64,000 bases of DNA from Gloeobacterales cyanobacterium (GTDB lineage: Bacteria; Cyanobacteriota; Cyanobacteriia; Gloeobacterales; PMM-0068): positions 1-64,000 of the forward strand of contig JBBRSB010000017.1 in NCBI GenBank assembly GCA_038245785.1. Direction: 5' to 3'. Below, piece by piece: positions 1-6,709 of the stretch (the first letter of the stretch is position 1; each line of letters starts with the position of its first letter). Position numbers and translations under genes: made by a program. The notes beneath the pieces are model-generated. The model made no database searches. It saw only the letters and a program-made list of their open reading frames with translations, and was not told the DNA's origin.

Positions 1-141
1 GGTTTCGGGGCGGACCCCGGTCAAACGCTTGAACTCACTGGGTTTAAGGTCTTTGATACGGTCGTAGGTCATAGGTCTATCCGTCTACCATCCCTAACCT
101 ACCCTATGGACTCGGCCTATTCTATTCGTGCAAGAGCTCTA
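1..141 (-). mobile_element. Left end of an IS5-family (ISL2/IS702-like) insertion sequence; transposase starts at 72 and runs out of the window
   Basis: Minus-strand ATG at 72 reads MTYDRIKDLKPSEFKRLTGVRPET, like the N-terminus of cyanobacterial IS5/ISL2 transposases; terminal sequence TAGAGCTCTTGCACGAAT (minus strand, from 141) resembles their inverted repeats. Confidence 0.7.
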
Positions 142-399
142 GTGTGTGGCATCCGTTGGAAGATAGAGGAGTTCCACCGTGAGCTTAAGCAATTGACGGG
201 AGTAGAAGCCTGCCAGTGTGGCAAAGGGAGGATTCAGCGCAATCACATTGCCTGTGCCTTACTGGTGTGGGGCCGTCTAAAAACGCTGGCATACCAGACG
301 GGACAGACAGTCTATCAAATTAAGCATGGGATGCTGTCAAATTACCTAAAGGAGCAACTCAAACATCCGTCCGTTCCGATGATTCTTGCGTAAGTCCTG
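142..399 (+). mobile_element. 3' remnant of an IS701-family transposase with its right inverted repeat
   Basis: VCGIRWKIEEFHRELKQLTGVEACQC..RIQRNHIACA is the C-terminal DDE glutamate region of IS701-like transposases; ends in TGCGTAAGTCCTG (387-399), the typical IS701-type end. Confidence 0.75.
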
Positions 400-474
400 A
401 TTGTGATTCACACAGCCGTCAAGTGATTGAAGTGCTTTTTCGCTAGGGGATTTTGAGCCAAGCTTCTTCAGTCA

Positions 475-514
475 GAAGACTTGCCATTTCCGATAATGGC
501 AAGTCTTCTTTTTT
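475..514. terminator. Rho-independent terminator-like hairpin, probably bidirectional
   Basis: GAAGACTTGCCATT-loop-AATGGCAAGTCTTC perfect stem followed by a T run, directly after the stop of the 520-2166 gene. Confidence 0.75.
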
Positions 515-519
515 GCCCT

Positions 520-2166
520 CTAACTTCTAGGAGCTCTCAGGTTATACTGGCCCCTGGGCTGCTCAAAATCAAGATGGGAAGGAGTTCCCCCTGTTCTGCT
601 CCTAGGTGCTGAGTCCCTAAGCGATTGAAGGTAATGTTCGTAAAGATTGCGATCCTTTGATGAGAGCTGATTAATAGGCTTACTCTGAGAAGTTTCTCCA
701 CGAAGTTTAGCCTGAGAAATATCTTCGTTAAGCTTTTCCTGAAGACGCTCAGCTCGAACACTCTCCCCACGAAGCTTAGCCTGAGAAATGTCTTTGCCAA
801 GTTGAGCCCGAGAAATTTCCTTTAGCCTCAAAACCTGATTCTTATCAAACCGGCTTTCAACTACATCTATTCCTCTCGGATTGATCTTTACACTTCTTGT
901 CCAGCCGGGGTGTGACCGAGCACTTCCGACAGTACCTTTCGGTATAGCCCCAGTAAGTTCATGTTTCTTGGCAGTTTCCACTTCTAAGGGGCTACCTTTA
1001 TGATCTATGAACCGTCTAGTTTCTGTTTTCCTCACTTGATTCAGAGCTTGGTCTTCCATACCTAACATTTCTCGTCTGCCGCTTGACGAAGCGTGCCCGT
1101 GACCTGCCACTACCTTAGATGGATCTATTTTCAGGTCTTTAAGGAGAGAACGAAACGTTTGAGAATTCCTGAATGGCACATTGTTCTTGTTCTTCCTTGA
1201 GATGCTCCCGACAGCAGTAGGCAGCGCTTCAGTGCCTTCCTCAACGCCCTTTACTCCCCTAGCAGATCCTATAGAAACTTCAATACCTTTAGTGGCTTTA
1301 GTCGCTCTTATAGCAACTTTTGCACCTATGGCTGTTGCAGCCACGGCATCGCCTACTCCGGGAACCGCTGCTATGGCAGAGAGGGCCGCATTTGCCTTAT
1401 CTCCTTCTGCTAAATAGATACCAGCACTGGTTAAATCTGCAACAGTACCCAAACCAGGAATGAGACCTGCTACGTCTAATGCACCATGAACAATGCCTTT
1501 ATGCTCATCCCACCAACTCTTTTTCTCAGACTTGTGCGGCTCTGGAGCTGTAGGAGGAGTAAGTTTAAAGGGTCGCCCAGAGCTATCCAGCCCTTGACTA
1601 CTTAAATATGCTGTTCTTGCTCTACTTACTTCTAGGCCAGACTCCTTGATTGCGTCCTGCCTGAGTCCGCCGCGATTCAAGCTTGGAGGGAGAGCCTTAG
1701 CATCCTTGAGCGCTTTGTCCGCTTCGGCAGACTTAAGACGGGCCGTAGCCATGCTTCTATCACGTCGGAGATCGTCTGCCTCTGCCCTTAGACCGCCTCG
1801 ATTCATTCCGGTGATACTGCCAAGTTCTTCTTGTGCTCTCCGAAGTGCTGCACGTGCGGTAGGAAGATCTGCTGCGCTACCAGGAGCAGGACTTACTTTC
1901 TGAGGTGTAACAAGTGGGCTCTGAGCTCGCCGTGTTTCACGGGCAGTTTCTGAATCAGCAAAACTATTGTGACTTTTTGTTGGAGCAGGACTTACTTTCT
2001 TGCTCGTAACAACTTGGCTCTGGGCACGCCGTGTTTCACGGGCAGTTTCCGCATCAGCTGAACTACTGTAATTGTGATGGGTTGCTCGTGGAGAGCCAGT
2101 ATTCAAAGGGTGAAAAGGAGCTGAAACAGGATTTTTTGTAAGTTGTCTGTCTTCTGGGAGAAGCAT
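520..2166 (-). CDS. Polymorphic-toxin-like protein: repeat-rich N-terminus, pre-toxin domain, putative C-terminal nuclease toxin (Ntox5-like)
   Basis: 548-aa ORF with GAGGA RBS; central SWWDE..HGALDVAGLIPGLGTVADL..IYLAEGD..AALS..AAVPGVGD is the conserved pre-toxin segment of polymorphic toxins; downstream VVAGH..S.G....L.MED..LNQ...P.E..T....E..G.IP.GTV..A...GW recalls the Ntox5 pattern. Confidence 0.6.
   Translation of the reverse strand: MLLPEDRQLTKNPVSAPFHPLNTGSPRATHHNYSSSADAETARETRRAQSQVVTSKKVSPAPTKSHNSFADSETARETRRAQSPLVTPQKVSPAPGSAADLPTARAALRRAQEELGSITGMNRGGLRAEADDLRRDRSMATARLKSAEADKALKDAKALPPSLNRGGLRQDAIKESGLEVSRARTAYLSSQGLDSSGRPFKLTPPTAPEPHKSEKKSWWDEHKGIVHGALDVAGLIPGLGTVADLTSAGIYLAEGDKANAALSAIAAVPGVGDAVAATAIGAKVAIRATKATKGIEVSIGSARGVKGVEEGTEALPTAVGSISRKNKNNVPFRNSQTFRSLLKDLKIDPSKVVAGHGHASSSGRREMLGMEDQALNQVRKTETRRFIDHKGSPLEVETAKKHELTGAIPKGTVGSARSHPGWTRSVKINPRGIDVVESRFDKNQVLRLKEISRAQLGKDISQAKLRGESVRAERLQEKLNEDISQAKLRGETSQSKPINQLSSKDRNLYEHYLQSLRDSAPRSRTGGTPSHLDFEQPRGQYNLRAPRS
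698..789 (-). repeat. Intragenic tandem repeat, period 69 bp (DISQAKLRGE)
   Basis: CCACGAAGYTTAGCCTGAGAAAT at 698-720 and 767-789. Confidence 0.8.
1883..2058 (-). repeat. Intragenic tandem repeat, period 99 bp (AD.ETARETRRAQS..VT..KVSPAP)
   Basis: GGAGCAGGACTTACTTTCT at 1883 and 1982; CGCCGTGTTTCACGGGCAGTTTC occurs twice. Confidence 0.85.
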
Positions 2167-2420
2167 TATGATTTCCTCATCGTTGCTTTAAACTTTGCCT
2201 ACTTCCATCTTTTGGCTTGTGGATACTAGAGGCTAAGTTCGATCATTCATTCGCTTGGGGTACACGCTAGCATGCTCTATCTGATTTGTCTCTGTCGTGC
2301 GCATTACATCGAGTTTTTCTAAGCCATATAAATTATTGTATAGCTAGTTAGGAAACATGTGCTTTGAAAATGTAATGTGTGGAGAGGTATCTCTATGGGT
2401 AATCACCTCAATCACCGTTC

Positions 2421-2837
2421 TCAATTTTTATTCTTGATACTACCGGCGCACACTTCCCCCTTTGGTAAGCCTGAGGTCCATTTCTTTAATTCGCTAATAC
2501 GCTTAGCTGTAAGCTCTTCCAGAGCAAGACAGCGACAATCTGAGTTAACACTTCCATAAGCCCGAAGCTTATTCTCGGCTGGATATAGTGAATCAAGATG
2601 GGCATCTCTGAACGCGAGCCAAGCCCGCTGAGCTGTCTTCATCTTTTGAAGAAATACAGAGTCCTGTTTATACTCACTCAATATTTGCTGATAAACTTTG
2701 TTCATCTCTGCATCAGTTGATTTATATCTACTGCAAATATTTTGATTGGTTGATGTCTGAGCTTGGACATTTGGGCTAAATGAAACAAGTGCAGCCGTCA
2801 ACATTAGCCTAAACACGCTTCTCTTAAGTCCGCTCAT
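2421..2837 (-). CDS. Lysozyme inhibitor LprI family (DUF1311) protein, exported
   Basis: Signal peptide (..LMLTAALVSFSPNVQA) then C..Y...D.EMN.VYQQI....AQRAWL.FRD....YGS....C....LT..R..EL, the DUF1311 pattern. Confidence 0.85.
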   Translation of the reverse strand: MSGLKRSVFRLMLTAALVSFSPNVQAQTSTNQNICSRYKSTDAEMNKVYQQILSEYKQDSVFLQKMKTAQRAWLAFRDAHLDSLYPAENKLRAYGSVNSDCRCLALEELTAKRISELKKWTSGLPKGEVCAGSIKNKN

Positions 2838-2944
2838 ACGAGATAACTACCTATCATTTACTCAAAAATCATAGAGGATACGTGTTGTTAAGCATCCTCT
2901 ATAATTTCACAACTTTGATCGCCTATCGTCAGACACACCTGGCT

Positions 2945-4489
2945 CTAGGGTTTTAAGAAGAGCTTTTTCTCCTTATCTCTCCTAGTAACTAACCCTAGTA
3001 GAACTTCCCCACCTGCATGGACATAATCTCCAAAGTCCTTAGCAGCTGCTTTGTAGTTGCCAGCATTCAGATCTTTCAAAAGGCCCGAGTATCCATTTGG
3101 TCCAAGATTGAACGTTAGCGAGGTAAGAGCTGAGAATTGGTTTGAGGTGAGATGAACTTTAACATTCTTCTGAACCGCTGCTTCAGCCCACTTTATATCA
3201 CTTTTCAGAAAAGTCTCAGCTTTGGACTTGCTGATTGAATCACCAGAATGAACACCATGCGTATGTCCATAGCCAATCGTCCACGTACCGCGAGGTCCAG
3301 GAAAATCCTTATAGGCTTTCAGCCTTAATCCTTCGGATTCTTCTACCAGGTTCAACCCTTCCTGATTGATATGCTTTCCAGGACCATTAGGTTTTGGTTT
3401 GGGTACTGGGCTGCTGCCTCCATTGCCGCCTGGCTTGCTAGATGGAAGATAAATGCTCGTTCCAACCTGAAGGTTTTTAGCCTCTTTCTCTGTGAACTTT
3501 GTTCCATCCGCTTCGCGGATTTCATGCCAACGGTTTCCGTTGCCCAATTTCTTCTCAGCGATTCCCGAAAGGGTATCTCCAGAATGAACTACATACTTCT
3601 GCTTCCCTCCATGGTGCGGAGTTGGAGTTGGGCTACTGCCTCCACTGTTGCCGCTTGGCATGCTGGATGGAAGATAGATGCTCGTTCCAACCTGGAGGTT
3701 TTTGGCCTCTTTCTCTGTGAACTTTGTCCCATCCGCTTCGCGGATTTCATGCCAGCGGTTTCCGTTGCCCATTTTCTTCTCAGCGATTCCCGAAAGGGTA
3801 TCTCCAGAATGAACTACATACTTCTGCTTTCCTCCATGGTGCGGAGTTGGAGTTGGGCTACTGCCTCCACCGGACTTACTATCAAAGACTTTCAGAAAAC
3901 GAGCGTCACCACCAAACTTGTACTGGTGGCTATGGACACCTTCTCCCCCTTGCCCTCCTGTATTACCTTCAATGGTCGAGTAACCTTTGGCACTGACCTT
4001 TGCAACAATGCCTATATGTCCAGGCCAGACTACTAAACTGCCAACTTTGGGCTGTGAAAGCCTCAAATCTTTCGAAGACTTATTCCAGATATCGCTCACG
4101 CGACCAGAATTGTAATCTCTGGAGTTTTGACCAGTCGATTTTTCGACAGATTTAGTGCAGTACTGCACAAAGTCTGCACACCACGCTTCTCCTACTTGGC
4201 CACCTGCCCCATCGTGGCCTCCCACCCCCGTGCCTTTCTGGAATTTCTCTACTTGCTTGCCTCTATTTTCCCCGTGCTCGAGCACCCCTAGGAAGGATTT
4301 CGCCTTAGCAATAAGTGCTTCTGCAGCATTGGGTGCCCTGGGCGTAGGTTTCCCCGTCTGATTACTACGGCTAAAGGCATGTGGAGTAGAAACGCTAGCC
4401 AGGCTAGAAGGTGAGGGAGTAACTCCTTTAACAGCAAAACTCCTAGCGTTCTTCTCTTGAAGTGACCGACTAATATATGGTGCAAGCAT
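2945..4489 (-). CDS. Multi-domain peptidoglycan hydrolase: CHAP amidase + 2x LysM + GH24 phage-type lysozyme
   Basis: CHAP motifs AWCADFV, GHIGIV, TIEGNT; two YVVHSGDTLSGIA LysM repeats; GH24 motifs EGLRLKAYKD, WTIGYGHT, QFSALTSLTFNLG, GLVTRR..E; GAGGA RBS. Confidence 0.9.
   Translation of the reverse strand: MLAPYISRSLQEKNARSFAVKGVTPSPSSLASVSTPHAFSRSNQTGKPTPRAPNAAEALIAKAKSFLGVLEHGENRGKQVEKFQKGTGVGGHDGAGGQVGEAWCADFVQYCTKSVEKSTGQNSRDYNSGRVSDIWNKSSKDLRLSQPKVGSLVVWPGHIGIVAKVSAKGYSTIEGNTGGQGGEGVHSHQYKFGGDARFLKVFDSKSGGGSSPTPTPHHGGKQKYVVHSGDTLSGIAEKKMGNGNRWHEIREADGTKFTEKEAKNLQVGTSIYLPSSMPSGNSGGSSPTPTPHHGGKQKYVVHSGDTLSGIAEKKLGNGNRWHEIREADGTKFTEKEAKNLQVGTSIYLPSSKPGGNGGSSPVPKPKPNGPGKHINQEGLNLVEESEGLRLKAYKDFPGPRGTWTIGYGHTHGVHSGDSISKSKAETFLKSDIKWAEAAVQKNVKVHLTSNQFSALTSLTFNLGPNGYSGLLKDLNAGNYKAAAKDFGDYVHAGGEVLLGLVTRRDKEKKLFLKP
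3441..3870 (-). repeat. Near-identical tandem duplication (period 225 bp) encoding linker + LysM
   Basis: 3441-3645 and 3666-3870 differ only by scattered substitutions. Confidence 0.95.
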
Positions 4490-4952
4490 GAATTTTCCTC
4501 GCTTAACATTGTTTGAACTAAAACTGTTCTAGCTAGGTCAAATGTGCTGAGTTGCAAATTGCGACTATTGCTAGACTTTACTTCATTTTATTGGTTCGTT
4601 GAAGTGTGTTTTAGATGTTTTCTTAGTTCTTTGAAATAATGTGTGAAGTGAATACAAGCCCTGAAAGCTCTTCCAAAAGCCATTTTTGGGCTTTCTATCT
4701 AACCCTAAAACATTGCAACAATTATTAACGATAAGCACATAAGCAGAACCAAATTCTAAGTAAATTTTGTTACAAATTATACAGTACTCAAGCTTTATTG
4801 CTCCAGAAAGCTAGCCTGAACTCTTCAGTATTTAAATTAAATATACGGTCCAGGCTGTTAAGTAACTCACTATGCACTCAACATTCGCACAGCAATTTTA
4901 GAAAACAACTTTTTGATAGTTAAAACAAGCATTTTTGATAGAATTTGCAACT

Positions 4953-6539
4953 CTACAAGCCACGAGCGTACTGCTTGGCTTTAGAGAAACTGTTAAAGCT
5001 TTCTACTCGTGAGGTTCCCTTATCAGCGTCTAAATTGACCATCTCTTCGCCTACTTTAGAACCAGCCATACTGCCAGCCATTCCACCTATCAACGCACCA
5101 ATCACTGTGCCTACGCCAGGAACCAACGAACCGATAGCAGCTCCTAGCTCTACGCCTCCTGCTGCACCAACCCATCCTCCTGCTGAACTAACCGCTACTT
5201 TTCGAGCGTTCGGTCCAAAGCCATGGTCCTGTTTCCAAGCACTCCTCAGTTGCACTGCATCAATGGCGAGGCCGACAGGCACAAGCGCTTTAAACGCTCC
5301 TTTAGCGGCTCCACGAACCTGAGCATTGCCAAAGGCTTCAACCACAGGGGTAAGTGGCGGTTTCACCAGCGTAGCCCCTCGTACTTCTCTCGCCAGAGCA
5401 ACGCCACTTCGCGATTCAGCCAGAGGAATCCCGACCCTGATAGCGACATGATGCACTTGAGAGACGCTACCTTGGTGAAGCTTGCCTGCGAGAACAGGCA
5501 AACCAGCCCATAGCGCTGGGGAAGAGGGTCGTGAATTTCTTTGAGTGCCCGATTCACGCTTAAACATTGGATTTCTCGAAGCACTCGAAGTAGTGAAGAA
5601 CGAAGGGGAATGCCTGTCATTTGAGTTTCTTCGAGAAGTCAAGCTCGAAGGGGTTGACCTAGCCGCCGATTTCCGCTCAGGGGCTCCTGTCAAAGCTGCA
5701 GGCTTGGCGCTTAGTTTTCCAGGAGATACGAAAGTAGATGAACCAGATTGGGTGCTCAGCTTACTCGTAGACTTTGGATGAGATTTTGGGGTAAGGGATG
5801 CATAGGGCGTAGACGTAGTACTCAAATTAGGTGAGGAGAGATAGACTTGCGTTCCGGGCTGCAGACGTTTAGCTTGCTTTTCAGTCAAGGAACTACCTTT
5901 AGCCGTGTGGAGTTCATGCCAGCGGCTCCCGCTGCCAAGCCTTTTTTTCGCAATACCCCAAAGGGTATCGCCTTGATGCACTACAAGATGCTTAGAAGCT
6001 ATTGGATCTGGCTTTAAAGAGTTTTTTGTGGAGGCGATACCAGAATCTGTGTGGGTAGGATTGGTAGACAAAAGCCCTGAATGGCGATGTAACGCGGGAG
6101 AGGCCGCAAGATGCTTCTTGGCAGCAGAGTGGACAGAGTTACTGCCGTGAGCGGGCATGTGATGTTTGTAAAGATGACTTTTCGGGGCGCGTCCAGGAAC
6201 TGAAACAACAGGATAGCTCTTGTAGAAGTCTCCAGTCCCAGCTGGTTTTGAGGAGTTTCCACGAACTGGTTGGGGCTTTTTCTGGATAGGCGTATCAGAA
6301 CTCATGTGCGCAGGTAAGGGCTCTACAGAACGAGGAGCTGCAGCCTGTTTGTTATTCTTAGGGCCAGGGCGCCCAGTATTTAAGTGAGATGGATGAGCGT
6401 GGGTTTTGTGTTCATTTTTGGGTGTACTGCTGTAAATGTGCGCAGGGTGATGGCCTTTAGCGGTAAGACCCCCGCTAGGACTTAATGCGTATTGCTCCCG
6501 TTTTCTCTTAAGCTCTGCTGAGGAGGGCATAGATACCAA
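4953..6539 (-). CDS. LysM-domain protein with low-complexity N-terminus and C-terminal glycine-zipper hydrophobic domain (putative membrane-active toxin); start may be ATG 6530
   Basis: VVHQGDTLWGIAKKRLG LysM; C-terminal GGWVGAAGGVELGAAIGSLVPGVGTVIGALIGGMAGSMAG GxxxG zipper. Confidence 0.7.
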   Translation of the reverse strand: MVSMPSSAELKRKREQYALSPSGGLTAKGHHPAHIYSSTPKNEHKTHAHPSHLNTGRPGPKNNKQAAAPRSVEPLPAHMSSDTPIQKKPQPVRGNSSKPAGTGDFYKSYPVVSVPGRAPKSHLYKHHMPAHGSNSVHSAAKKHLAASPALHRHSGLLSTNPTHTDSGIASTKNSLKPDPIASKHLVVHQGDTLWGIAKKRLGSGSRWHELHTAKGSSLTEKQAKRLQPGTQVYLSSPNLSTTSTPYASLTPKSHPKSTSKLSTQSGSSTFVSPGKLSAKPAALTGAPERKSAARSTPSSLTSRRNSNDRHSPSFFTTSSASRNPMFKRESGTQRNSRPSSPALWAGLPVLAGKLHQGSVSQVHHVAIRVGIPLAESRSGVALAREVRGATLVKPPLTPVVEAFGNAQVRGAAKGAFKALVPVGLAIDAVQLRSAWKQDHGFGPNARKVAVSSAGGWVGAAGGVELGAAIGSLVPGVGTVIGALIGGMAGSMAGSKVGEEMVNLDADKGTSRVESFNSFSKAKQYARGL

Positions 6540-6709
6540 ACTCCAGTCTATAAATTCTGCTTGTACTGTCTTGCTTACGTATTATTAAAGCTAGGACTAG
6601 GACTTATGCTGACCTGTGACTTGCGTAAATACTACTACATATCCTCTTAAGTAGCCAAATCGCTCATAGACTAATCAAAAGCTTCAAACTATCTCTAGCA
6701 GCACTGAGT

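Noticed and set aside
106..393. Track ORF as an intact 95-aa gene
   Set aside because: Its first 12 codons come from the end of another IS; it is a transposase fragment
3441..3870. Possible CRISPR or non-coding repeat array
   Set aside because: Only two long in-frame copies encoding LysM; no repeat-spacer pattern or cas genes seen anywhere in the window
2945..4489. Prophage lysis cassette suggested by the GH24 lysozyme
   Set aside because: No holin, spanin, structural or phage integrase genes nearby; the context is an exporter and an inhibitor
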